A stretch of 64,000 nucleotides of DNA from Eledone cirrhosa (lineage: Eukaryota). The notes beneath the pieces were generated by a model, which was not told the origin of the DNA, searched no databases, and saw only the letters and a program-made list of their open reading frames with translations. Of this stretch, positions 46,430 to 58,258 are shown one piece after another. Each line of letters starts with the position of its first letter. The stretch's first letter is position 1. Where the stretch lies: contig OZ024740.1 of the NCBI GenBank assembly GCA_964016885.1, forward strand, positions 170,624,001-170,688,000, read 5' to 3'. The position numbers and the translations under genes were made by a program.

Positions 46430-46485
46430 ACTGCCTGATGAGGTCATAGCCATTCAATGGCTATCATCGAAATATATATAGCAGT
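46430..46485 (+). ncRNA. Type I hammerhead ribozyme, same family as 11867-11922
   Basis: actgc CTGATGA ggtcatagccattcaatggctatcatc GAAA tatata TA gcagt. The module ends at gtttcgtcac(TA)n, as at 11970. Confidence 0.85.
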
Positions 46486-46551
46486 AAATAAAGGATTATG
46501 AGTTCATGCAATTGACTTATGTTTCGTCACTATATATATATATAGAGAGAG

Positions 46552-46604
<53 letters not shown>

Positions 46605-46960
46605 TATTTCTTTATTAGCCACAGGGGCACAAAAGAAGGGGACAAATACAAAGGGGGAAGTTTACATACAATAAAAACGTGTAAAATGTTATCACAGATG
46701 GAATTTAAAAGTTAGTCGATTTTCCCCAATAGAGGGAGACAGTTTATATGGGTAACACATACCCCCGAAAAAATGTGCAACCCTCATCTCCAGGAGTACG
46801 AAGAGCTTGTACTCCTTTCCTCTCCTCCTCCTTTTCCTCAATCTACAGGCTGATATAGAGAGAAGGCCCATTCACTCGGGCCATTCTCGCCACTTTCACC
46901 CACCTTTCATAAAACTTGCTGCGGTACAGCACCTCTCTCTCCATCCTGATTCTTCTTCCA
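46605..46960 (-). mobile_element. 5'-truncated Tx1-like retrotransposon copy (diverged subfamily) in (GATA)n
   Basis: Encodes GRRIRMEREVLYRSKFYERWVKVARMARVNGPSLYISL*, nearly the same as the C-terminus of the adjacent ORF2. The 3'UTR is related and ends aataaagaaa then (TATC)n. Confidence 0.9.
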
Positions 46961-46971
46961 TATAGAGAGAG

Positions 46972-47061
<90 letters not shown>

Positions 47062-47329
47062 CTATGTTTCTTTTATTTGCCACCAGGGCATCAAAAGTGG
47101 AACAAGTACAATGGGGGGAGTTTACAAAACAAGGCGTCCTCAATAAGGAGGAGGCAATAACAATATATAAAAATAAAATAAAATATAACAAAAAATAAAA
47201 TTTATAACAAAGTCCTCAATAGAGAGGAGGCGCCTTGTGGGGTCGCACACACCCCCGAAAAAAAGTGTGCAACCCTTTTCCTCGGGAACACAGAGAAGGG
47301 GTGCTGCCTTGGTCTTTCATCTTCCTCAC

Positions 47330-50300
47330 CTATAGTCTGATGTAGAGTGAAGGCCCATTCACACGGGCCATTCTCGCCACTTTCACCCATCTTTCATAAA
47401 AACGGCTGGGGTGCAGCACCTCTCTCTCCATCCTGATCCTTCTTCCGAAATGATATCGGAAGAAACGGACCAGTTGTTGGCCAGAGAGAAAGGTGTCTGA
47501 CCTCAGTCCTTTCAGACTTGTCCACCATACAACCTCTTTCACCATGGCTATTACGCACAGAAACACCGCATCTTCTTCGTTTTTGAAGAGGGGAGGCGGC
47601 TTGATCGTTACAATAGACTCGGTGGTCAACCGGATCGGTCCCACCCTTGACAGCAGTTGTTCGACATAGCCCCACAGATCAGCAATGCCCGAGCAGTGTA
47701 CCAATGCGTGTGCAACGGTTTCCTCGTCGCACACGCATCTGGGACAGATCTTTTTCGAGGGGTCCCTACCCGGGCGCCCGTGTCTGTAGAGCCTTTCTCG
47801 AACGGATAGAGCCCTTCTGTAGCATTGCCAGGCCAGGGACCTCTGGAAGTTATCCATGGGTCCCGGGTTGAATGTCCAACCGAACAGGTTGGCCAGTTCG
47901 TCATCCTCCATGCCTAGGGCTTCTCCGAGGGCGCCGTCGCACCTGCTAACCACCAGCCCTCTATAGAATGACGAGGTGGATTCTCCACTGACAGCCGGGT
48001 CCGCCTGCCAGAGAGCCGTGAGCGCCTGGGCACACTCGGTGTGCCAGGCGCCCAGTTTTCTCGGTCTTTGCTTGACCCAGGATTGCAGCTCGGTGAGTGA
48101 GACGAGTCGGGGAAAGGCTCGCCTCACAAACGGGGCCCACACCGGTTGACCGGAGAGGAATACCTGAAGGTGCCGTAGCCTTAATGCGTGTTTACGTATC
48201 ATTAGCCACGGCATCCCCAGCCCTCCTTTCGAAGGGTGTTGACAGCAGATGGATCTCCTCACCATAGGAGCCCACTTCTTCCAAAGGAATTGGAAGAGTG
48301 CGCGCTCCATTTTGGTGAGCGTTTCCCTTGGGCAAGGCACAGCGGTCAGGCGGTAGTAGATGACGGACGCTATATAAGTGTTCGCCACCTCCGCCCGACC
48401 TTTCAGGGACAGTTTGCACTCGGCCCACTTCTGGGTCAGTGCAAACACCCTGTTCGTTACCTCACCCCAGTTCTTCTCCACCTGGAGGTCTGGTCCGAAC
48501 CAGACCCCGAGCAACTTCACCGGGCCCTCCGTCCAGCGCCCGACGACGCCATCGGAGGGCATCGATCTGCCCCTCCACGTGCCGAGTTGCAGACTGATCG
48601 ACTTGTCCCGGTTCAGCTTATCCCCTGTAAACCTTTCGTACTCCTCCAGTAAGGTGCCGATCGCCCCGATTTCCGAGGCCGTCGACACCATTACTGTTAC
48701 GTCATCGGCGTAGGCTGAAACCGCTTTCCGCAATCCCGGTTCCAACGGGATGCCCTGCAACAACTCCAACTTCCGCAGCAGTGGCTCTAGAGTCATTACA
48801 TACAGAAGGGAGGAGAGAGGGCACTCCTGTCGGATGGACCGCGCGATTTCGAACGGCTCCGAGAGGTAGCCGTTCACCTTGACCCTAGAGCAGATGCGGC
48901 TGCTGTGCATGGCATTGATCCAGCCCTTGAAAACGGGTCCGAAGCCTGTCGCTGCTAGCACCGCATCCAGGTAACCATGGTCGACCCTATCGAATGCCTT
49001 AGATTGATCCAAGTTGATCAGAGCCCCACCAAAACCGGGTTCGTTCCCAACCCTCTCTATGATGTATCGCATGAGGTGGATGTTGTCGTGGATGGACCTG
49101 GACGGGATAGCACATGTCTGCGCATCTCCCACCAGGTTACCCACGACAAGCGCCAACCTCTTTGCTAGCACCTTGGCCAAAATCTGTAACTCTGTATTTA
49201 GCAGAGTTATGGGCCTGAAATTATTTATATCGTCCCCCTTGTTCTCGTCCTTCCTCACTAGCGTGACTACGCCCTTGGTCACAGCACAGTGAATTCTCCC
49301 GTTCTGTTGCTAGTTGCAGTAGACCGCCTCGAGGAGATCGGGGAACAAGTCCGGCATAGCTAGATATAGTTCGTATGGAAGACCATCGAGACCCGGGGAT
49401 TTGCGTTTGCCGCATTGGCTCAGCACGTCCTCTATCTCAGCGGCTGAAATCGGCTCCTCACAGGACTTCGCCTCCCTGTCCGAGAGACGCGGCAGGCCGT
49501 CGAGGTATGGACCGAAGTCCACATCCCCAACCGGCTCCCCGCCCCTTCCGAACAATCCGGCAAAGTGCTTTTGAAAAGCCTCGCACATCTGCTTAGGTTC
49601 AAGGATCACCCGTCCATCCTGGTCTCGCAAAGACCGGATAGTAGATCTGCTCCCTCTTTTGGCTTCTGTTACGCGGGCGCAGCTAACAGCTTTGGTCCCC
49701 TCGTTTCCCAGAGCACGTATTTTGCTTCGGACGATGCAGCTTTCGTGTTTCGCGTCGAAGAACTGGCCCAGGGCCGTTCTCGACGCTAGCACTCTGGCCA
49801 CGTCGCCGCTTCTAATTGTCTCTTCTACATTATCTACCAACACCCTTTCCTTCCTATTTCTATTTGAGGCTAACTCCTTACTAAATTCTATAGAGACTAC
49901 TCTAATCTCTCTTTTGAGAGATGCCCACCACCTGCTGTTGACGATGGCGCCCGTCAACCGCTCCTTAACTAAAGTGCTAATCCGGTCCCTATAAGCCTTA
50001 CTTGCCGGTAAGGACAAGTTGAGCTTCCAGTAACCGGGTCCCTGTCTATGAGTTCTGTCAAGGTTGACCATGCAGGTCACTAATTTGTGGTCTGAATAGC
50101 CAACCATGCGCATTTTTGGACAACTTAAAAAGTCCTTATCCTTAATTCTAACTAAGAACCTATCTAGGTACGACCTAGATGATCCGCTACTATTTGCCCA
50201 AGTCCAGGTTGGCGCAGTCGGAAAATCTAGTCGATATCTATCGGCCAGGTCAAATCGACCGATTAACCCTTTGAGGCTATTACACCCCCTCTCTATCGGG

Positions 50301-50765
50301 ACAGGTCCCTACGTAGTCCCAGCGTGCATCTAGGATACCATTCCAGTCCCCCACTAATAGCAAGGAGCGGGACGTCCCTAGAAAAGTCTCCAGACGATGG
50401 AAGTCCTGCCGCATTGACCCGAAAGGGCCGTAGGCGGCTACCAACCTAAACGCTCCGCCTTTACCACTGCCAAGGTCCAGAACCACTAGTCGACCTTCCG
50501 GGTCCAAATGTACCATCTGTGTTGCGAGACCCAGATGTTTTTGCAGCAGAACGACAACTCCACCCCCACCTCCTGGCTGACAGAGAGATGCGTGCATCTC
50601 AAAGTCATCAAAGGTGGGGGCCAGTTGTCGCACGTTGCTGATCCGGGCCTCGCAAATAACCATCACATCTATACGTTGTGACCTGAGGTCATTTAGAAGC
50701 ATTGCTTGCTTCCAAGTTGAGCCCAGACCACGCGCATTTAAACAGCCTACTCTTAGCATAGCCAT
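47330..50765 (-). pseudogene. Tx1 ORF2 (AP endonuclease, reverse transcriptase, CCHC), with a frameshift near 50290 and a nonsense codon at 49310-49312
   Basis: APE: LNARGL, GDWN, YLDRFL, YSDH, GPGYWKLN. RT: KSPGLDGLPYE, FRPITLLN, LDQSKAFDRV, YADD. C-terminal CPRC..ETVAHALVHC. ORFs 49310-50113 and 47330-49282 are in frame across a single TAG. Confidence 0.92.
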
Positions 50766-50789
50766 GTTGGTGGTGAAGAGAAAAGGCAC

Positions 50790-52586
50790 TTACCTCTCTG
50801 CGTCCCGGGTATCGGGCTGCACAATTTCCATTAGGGTGGGGGATGGGTTGTTGGGTGGGGTGGTGGTTTGTGGAAGTGTAGGGGCATCAGTGTGTTGTGT
50901 GGTTGGGGAGTTTGGAGTTGTGTGGGTGTTTGGGGAGGGGGTGGGGTAGTTTTTTAGGAGGACGCGGTTAATGGGCCCGACGCAGGGGGGACCCACGTCC
51001 TCTTTAAAGTTGTTTTTTAAAGTTTTATAGGTGTCCTGTGGGGCCTTAATCATTTTGAGGTGGGGGAAATCCCCTGCCTGGGTGAAGTTAGGCCCTTGGG
51101 TTTTTATTAGATTGTTGTTGTACACAATGTTTAACAGTTTTTTGTTTCTTGTGTTTATGTATGTGTATGCATGTTTTTGTTTTTGTGTGGTGTTTTTTGT
51201 TTGCTGTTGTTGTGAGCTCTTTTGTGTTGGTGTCAGTGTTATGTTTTGGGGAGGGGTTGTTTTCATTTGTGTGTCTGAGGTGTGTTTTCTTTTTTTTTCT
51301 TTTGATTGTGTGGAAGTGCTCCTCTTCGTCTGACGACGAACTAGGGTCATCTTCCGCGTTGGAGGGGAGGGGTATATTTTCGGGTTGTGTTTGCGGTGCG
51401 GGTGTTTTGGAAATTGTTTTTGTTTTTTGAGTGGGGGGATGGGTTGGACATTGTTTTGTTTTGGTTTGAGCTGTGGTGGTTGTTTTTGTAGTGGTAGTTG
51501 TGGTGATTGTGTTGGTTGTGCAGTTGTTGGTGGTGTAGGCAGGATTGGGGTTTTCTTATTAAGTTGGGGACAGACAGCCCTCAGGTGACCTCTGGTTCCG
51601 CAGAGGTAACACACGGGCCGCCTACCCTCAACGGTAATGTTGATGAAAGTTTGATCATCCAGTATGACGCGTTCAGGGATCTGGGCGATCCTTTCGGGCC
51701 TCATTTGAACTACAAGTTCGAGGCTCGTTCCACTGAACGCGTCACCCGATGCCTTTCCCATGGACACCAGCGTGTCATCATCCAGGTCCAGGAAACCTGT
51801 CAAAACCCACCATATGTCCATAATCGGCAGGATGGTGTGGATTTTTATTTTTTGTGTTCTTCTACCCATGTACGTAGGGTAGAAGGTGTATGCGGTGGAT
51901 GTGATTGGTTTGATGGACAGTTTCACTGCTGTGTCCCTGTCCTTCATGAGAATGGATAGACTCCCGTAGAGTCTATCCTTCTGAATGAAGGTGATGTCCT
52001 TCATGACGTCTTTTAAAACCAGCTCTATCTCACTCTGTGATGGTTGAGCTGGTTTTTTGCTTTTATTCGAGATTGTCCTAAACATGACAGTGTTTAGGAG
52101 TCTCTGGCTTTTTAGTTCCGGGGGTGGTGGGTGGATCATGAATGAACCATTTTCCCCGTACACTATATATTTTTTGGCATCTGCCAGTAGCTCCTTCGCT
52201 TTGGTTATATCTACTGGCAGATAGTCGAGGGTTTTCCTTGCCGTCTCGGCGAAGGAGAAATTTTTTTTGTTTGTGTTGCTGTTGTAGTTGGTGGTGTTGT
52301 TGTTATCATTGTTGTTGTTATCACAGTTATTGGTCTTGTTGTTGTTGTTATTGTTATTGGTGTTGTTTTCGTCCGTCGTATTGTTGTTGTTGTTGCTGTT
52401 GCTGGTGCCGCTGGTTCTTTGGGTTGTTGCCATGGCAACGTCAAGTTGTCGGTCAACAGGTGGAGAAAATCCTTCCTCTGGCTGACCTTTCTTTTTGAGC
52501 TCTGCTACTGTGACAGTGGCAGGGGGAAGCTGTAAGTTTATCTTCCCCTTTCCTCCTTCGAATTTTGGTGAAGAAGCTTCAGCCAT
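50790..52586 (-). CDS. Tx1 ORF1p, gag-like nucleic-acid-binding protein with a CCHC zinc knuckle
   Basis: Open 598-aa ORF directly upstream of ORF2. VEGRRPVCYLCGTRGHLRAVCP knuckle; Asn-rich N-terminus and P/Q/T/K-rich C-terminal half. Confidence 0.85.
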   Translation of the reverse strand: MAEASSPKFEGGKGKINLQLPPATVTVAELKKKGQPEEGFSPPVDRQLDVAMATTQRTSGTSNSNNNNNTTDENNTNNNNNNNKTNNCDNNNNDNNNTTNYNSNTNKKNFSFAETARKTLDYLPVDITKAKELLADAKKYIVYGENGSFMIHPPPPELKSQRLLNTVMFRTISNKSKKPAQPSQSEIELVLKDVMKDITFIQKDRLYGSLSILMKDRDTAVKLSIKPITSTAYTFYPTYMGRRTQKIKIHTILPIMDIWWVLTGFLDLDDDTLVSMGKASGDAFSGTSLELVVQMRPERIAQIPERVILDDQTFINITVEGRRPVCYLCGTRGHLRAVCPQLNKKTPILPTPPTTAQPTQSPQLPLQKQPPQLKPKQNNVQPIPPLKKQKQFPKHPHRKHNPKIYPSPPTRKMTLVRRQTKRSTSTQSKEKKRKHTSDTQMKTTPPQNITLTPTQKSSQQQQTKNTTQKQKHAYTYINTRNKKLLNIVYNNNLIKTQGPNFTQAGDFPHLKMIKAPQDTYKTLKNNFKEDVGPPCVGPINRVLLKNYPTPSPNTHTTPNSPTTQHTDAPTLPQTTTPPNNPSPTLMEIVQPDTRDAER

Positions 52587-52798
52587 TTTAAAAAATGTTA
52601 ACTTTTCAACAAAAAAAAACTTTTTTTGTTTAACTATTTCGCCTAAAGGCGTAGAATATTTTGAGAGACTGACCAGATCAAAGTTTGACCTGGCAGTCCC
52701 TCTACAAAATGGTACAAAAATTAAAGTTTACAGACAAGAATTTCTATAGAAATTTAAACAGAACTTACTCAGCAAGTTATACGCGTGTGTCCATCCCA

Positions 52799-52799
52799 G

Positions 52800-52884
<85 letters not shown>
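52799..52884. repeat. (GATA)n microsatellite flanking the Tx1 5' end (also 46553-46604, 46973-47060)
   Basis: Direct reading. Confidence 0.95.
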
Positions 52885-53701
52885 TATTAGGTGATTCAGT
52901 TGATTTGTAGTTTACTGAGGAAGGTACCAATGTTAGCGCTCTATGCTATAGCAGAGTCTATATATATATAAATATACCGTTTTGTATAAGATGTTCACCA
53001 GCCGGGCTGTGTATACCACACTCCAGTCAGTAAACGATGATGCGATTAGATTCAAGCCCTCAGTAACATGTATATTTCCAAATGAGATGTGGTGGTTTAC
53101 GAACAATGATAATAATTGCAAAGGACAAATGTAAGAATTCATAAAACATTTCTTCAAAATTTTCCGTGGTACATATTACTGTAGTCTTCATGATTACGCA
53201 ATACAAACCCGAACACGACTTCATCAGACAGCATCGTTTTTTGACGCTAACACCCTAGTGAGAAAATTTGATCCGAAGTCATTAGAAGTGTCCGTCTAAC
53301 CTCTAAGATCCAGAGTCAGACAGATCCACACATTGATCGTGTCTCGAGCTGTCTGCGCGCGAAACAATTGTAACACAAAATAAATTGAGTTCAGATGCAT
53401 CATTGATTTTTCATTTTATATTATATATATATATATATGTCTGTGTATGTGTGTGTATGTGTATGTGTGTGTGTTTGTGTGTGTGTGTGCGTGTGTCTGT
53501 GTGTCTCTGTATCTGTATATGTGTATGTGTGTGTGGGGTGTAGTGACCGAAACGTTAAGACTTTTCCTGTCATTTCAAGCGTTAAAACAATATATTTCTT
53601 TAATGTTCTGTGTCGTTTTCTTTGGTATTTCTATTTATATATATATATATATACATATATATACATATGAAAATTGCTAACTTGACTGTCACCACAGAAT
53701 A

Positions 53702-53740
53702 TGAACCTGAAGATTGCGAAAGCATGAAAGTACTTGTTCA
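53702..53740 (+). ncRNA. Minimal 39-nt type I hammerhead ribozyme
   Basis: tgaac CTGAAGA t-tgc-gaaa-gca-t GAAA gtac TT gttca: 5-bp stem I, GNRA-capped stem II, palindromic stem III. Confidence 0.8.
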
Positions 53741-53911
53741 ATTAACACTTAACACTTAACATTTAATATTCTACCATAGTATTTCATTCTAATACCATTA
53801 TAAATTTTAAAGGATTGTAAACAAAACGAGTAAATCAGACAAAGTTGGAATTCCTTTTATTAATATATATATATATATATTAATATATATTTTAATAAAT
53901 ATAAATATATA

Positions 53912-54496
<585 letters not shown>

Positions 54497-54502
<6 letters not shown>

Positions 54503-54949
54503 AAGTTAAATAAAAGTCAAATGATTAAAATTTAGCTTCGTTTATTACTGCTATATATATTTTAGTGACAGCCATCTTTGGCTGTGACCTCTTCAGGCAG
54601 TTTGAATTAGTATGGTATAGACAAGTACATATGTTGTTTAGGTGTATAATATTGTCAATACTCTGATATGCCCAGTTCCTAGTTGGGTTGTTAATTCACT
54701 GATATGCCCAGTTCCTAGTTGGGTTGTTAATTCACTGAGGAACTGGAGTCATATGACTCCAGTTCCTCAGTGAATTAACAACCCAACTAGGAACTGGGCA
54801 TATCAGAGTATTGACAATATTATACACCTAAACAACATATGTACTTGTCTATAAGAGGTCACAGCCAAAGATGGCTGTCACTGAAATATATATAGCAGTA
54901 ATAAACGAAGCTAAATTTTAATCATTTGACTTTTATTTAACTTTATTTT
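54497..54949. repeat. ~450-bp spacer-less palindrome containing an HHR module related to 11867-11922
   Basis: Symmetric about gagtcat|atgactc (54752/54753). The left arm (-) reads actgc CTGAAGA ggtcacagcc..ggctgtcact aAAA tatata TA gcagt. Confidence 0.9.
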
Positions 54950-55041
54950 ACACTACTCCGGAGTAACCAAACCAACCTGCGCACTTCGTCGAGTGCTCCA
55001 GCCTGCATACTGAGGTGTTGGTATACAACCAACATAAACTC

Positions 55042-55139
<98 letters not shown>

Positions 55140-55406
55140 TTAGAGTTATAAACTCAACCAGTCCTTTACAATTAATTAGCTCAAAGAAAGAAGCATTTCT
55201 GAGCCGTGAAATACAAATTAATATAAATTAATATATGATAAACACATAAGTGTTTGTATTGTAAATGACCAAGTTAATCCCGTATAAACGGCTGTTATTT
55301 CTAGCACCATGAGTATGGGGATAGCTAGGAGCTGGAAAACCACGTGCGTTAACACTTGAATACTAGTCCTCCTAAATATTTCGAGGTGAAACATGCTAAT
55401 TTTCTG

Positions 55407-55542
55407 GATACCTGCCGATGACCACAGAAATTGGAATCTTTCACTTTTTTAAATTATCGTTGCGAAACTTATTTGGGTTTTGAAATTTAAATTTGTCTGC
55501 GGAACAGGTTTGGATTTTGAAATTTAAATTTGTCCAGGTATC
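55407..55542 (+). ncRNA. Hammerhead-like motif of family F with a CCGATGA core
   Basis: Stem I gatacctg/caggtatc, GAAA, GUC site. Stem III is enlarged by a local duplication. Confidence 0.55.
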
Positions 55543-55703
55543 ACGGTTATTGCCAATATGGGTTTGTTTTTATTGACTTATTATTTTAAATCGAGACAGG
55601 CAAACTGTATTAATTTAATTAGTATTTTTCAATCTAGCTAACTTGGTCATTTACAATACAAACACTTATATGTTTATCATATATTAATTTATATTAACTT
55701 GTA

Positions 55704-55740
<37 letters not shown>

Positions 55741-55750
55741 TAAAATAACA

Positions 55751-55820
55751 GATTAAAGTTTAAGCAAAGAATCGCTGCTTTCACCCTTAACGGGATCTTC
55801 TGAAACTAACAAAGTCAATC
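55751..55820 (-). ncRNA. Type I hammerhead ribozyme variant (CAGAAGA core) at the PLE 3' end
   Basis: gattga..agttt CAGAAGA t-ccc-gttaa-ggg-t GAAA gca-gcgattctt-tgc TT aaact-ttaatc. All three stems pair. Confidence 0.7.
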
Positions 55821-56731
55821 TGTAAACGCAGAACTGGATATTTCAAAAAACGTTGCAACCGGAGGAAGACAGGAAGACGATACTTTGGTTCATGGTGACG
55901 TTCGCTGGCAAAGAACGGGAAAAAACGAATAATACGTCATTAATAGGAGCGGTGAAAACAATTACGTGCAAGGACAGAACCACGTTTATGGTATAAAAGA
56001 GGTCGTAGACTAATGTTCTCTAAGTGGTGCATAGAGACGTTCTCTGGCAATGAACGAAAAAACGAAGATAATAAGTCATATGTGGAGCGTGGAGAACAAT
56101 AGCGTGCAAAGACAAAACCACGTAAATGGTATAGCAGAAGTCGTAGACTAAAATTCTAACTAGGAGACCGAATGAATCTCCGCTACAGAGTTAAGAACAA
56201 AACAAATAAATACAATACAGAAGTAATAGGAGCAAATAAATACATACACGCAAACAGATACGTACATACACAAGCATACGCATAACCTTACCATAGGTAT
56301 ACAAAACCACGCACATATAAATATGTGTATGTGTGTATGCTTGTGTACAAATAAATAAATAATTATATAAACGTATATAAGTAAATAAATACGTATATAA
56401 CAAGCGCACACACATACCTACAAATAAATACATGAAGGTTCGGAGACGTAAGTCAACTAAAACAAGAAGTACACATATACACACACCCACCATACGTACG
56501 AACCTGCATACTCACGCAGACGCAAAACTCCCATATACACATAACCAAGCCCTAAATACCAGAATATGTAAAAATGATACGCCAAAACAGTCAAATATAC
56601 GTACGAGAAGGTATACATACCTTCACAAAACATACGGGTAATATATACTTACCTATGCAAAAAGTAAAGGAATAAACAAAACATATACTTAGCTCCCACA
56701 TCAAGACGTAAATATCCACGTATAGATCGTG

Positions 56732-57226
56732 CTATCCGTTAGGGTATAACGTAGGGCTGTAATACAGGAAAGTTTTGTGCAATTTATGTTTACAAGCCGA
56801 AATTGCCTCAGATTTTTTGTTTAAGATGTGGTCGGTGGCGTAGAGTATTTCCAGGGCCTCAGCGGCGCAGAGGTCACATGGTCTTTTATTTCCGTTATAC
56901 GATCTAGCCCTAGCTAGGATCTCCCAGTGTAACTTATATTGGGTGTGGTTGTCTTTTAGACTCCAGATATAAGCTGAAAGTGACGTCATATTCCTTCTTA
57001 GAGGGTAACGAAAAGAATGGGTATGCATGTAAAGACGCTGCTTGAAACTATTGGCGGTTAACCCTATGTAGGCCCTACGGGACGTGGGTGTTACAACCTT
57101 ACATTTGTAGACAATGTTACTAGAGACGCATTTCCCGGATAGGGGACAATCAGCCCGATTCCTACAATTACAGTTAGTACTAACTACAGGGTTGCACGTG
57201 TTCCTACGACTATTAACTATATTATT
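56732..57226 (-). pseudogene. PLE GIY-YIG endonuclease domain fragment (Naiad-like Cys pattern)
   Basis: The frame is open upstream of the listed Met: CNCRNRADCPLSGKCVSSNIVYKCKV..AYIGLTANSFKQRLYMHTHSF..TSLSAYIWSLK..CDLCAAEALEI..LNKKSEAISACKH. Confidence 0.88.
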
Positions 57227-58102
57227 TCAGAGGACGTAGAAACCTTACATATAATTCCAATAGAATCAATTTTAATATATTTTCTTTGTTTAGTACATTG
57301 TCAATAGAACTCAACTTCTTTGGTAGGAAATAAAGATTTCTAATTTAGGCACAAGACCAGCAATTTGAGGGGGGGGGGGGGGCGATTCGAATCAATCTAA
57401 GTACTTCATTTTATTGAGCCCAGAAGTATGAAAAGCAACTCCAATGAGATTTGAACTTCTGCTAAGTATTTTTCTGGCGCTCTAACGCCCCTGCCTGTCC
57501 ACATTCCTTTACTGAAGTCAATAATAAATATATATTTATACAATTGGTATTTCCGTTATCATTATATCTGTTTCACAAGGAGCCTGAATTTGGTATAACT
57601 GTAAAGGGTGTCAGGAAAAATGGTTGTGACATATGTTCAATCTGTCGGCACTTAGTTCAAATTCACAGTTAACTTCTTTTTTCATCATTTAGGAGTCGAG
57701 AAAATAAAATTACCAATCAAGTACTAGTGACAATATAATCGACTTTCTCGTCTCGGCTGAAATTCTGGTTATGAGCTTCAATTAAAAAACACATTATATC
57801 TATTTCATGGGTTGATATATTTTACATAGGTTGCCGGTGATAAGAGGAAAATGTTAAATTTCAGAGAAACACTTAAAATAGATGAATATAATAAATGAGA
57901 CCTTGGGACGACATTTTGCACATGCAGGTAAATTCGGACAAGACAGGTGAAGCAACGAATAATTGTTGAGGTCTCGAAAATGACAAATGTCAAGAAAAAA
58001 GAGTTGATTGAAAACACAAATGAGAAAATATTGTGTTTTGATAAACTAGCCAGAGGTCACCTTGGAAAGCTCTTATCTCAAGAGCAATGCTAAATTTAGA
58101 AA

Positions 58103-58160
<58 letters not shown>

Positions 58161-58202
58161 TACATATATATATATATTCATATACACACACACTTATATA
58201 CA

Positions 58203-58258
<56 letters not shown>

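Larger units (their letters stand above)
47062..52798 (-). mobile_element. Apparently full-length Tx1-clade (L1 group) non-LTR retrotransposon inserted in (GATA)n
   Basis: ~210-bp 5'UTR, ORF1, APE-RT-CCHC ORF2, and a 3'UTR with AATAAA but no poly(A). (GATA)n on both sides. Confidence 0.92.
55737..57226 (-). mobile_element. 5'-truncated Penelope-like retroelement (GIY-YIG C-terminus, ~1-kb 3'UTR, HHR), with the 3' end at (TA)n
   Basis: A GIY-YIG ORF followed by the repeat end shared with 30846, 33777 and 54101. Confidence 0.85.

Noticed and set aside
47394-52749. Short overlapping and antisense ORFs inside the Tx1 element
   Set aside because: Shadow frames of GC-richer ORF1/ORF2 with no recognisable motifs.
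57227-57229. In-frame TGA upstream of the GIY-YIG fragment as a selenocysteine codon
   Set aside because: A TAA follows a few codons further upstream and the sequence looks like non-element flank. No SECIS element was identified.
57830-57927. Possible exon between ttttacatag and cag/gtaaat
   Set aside because: Stop codons in all three frames and no partner exons.
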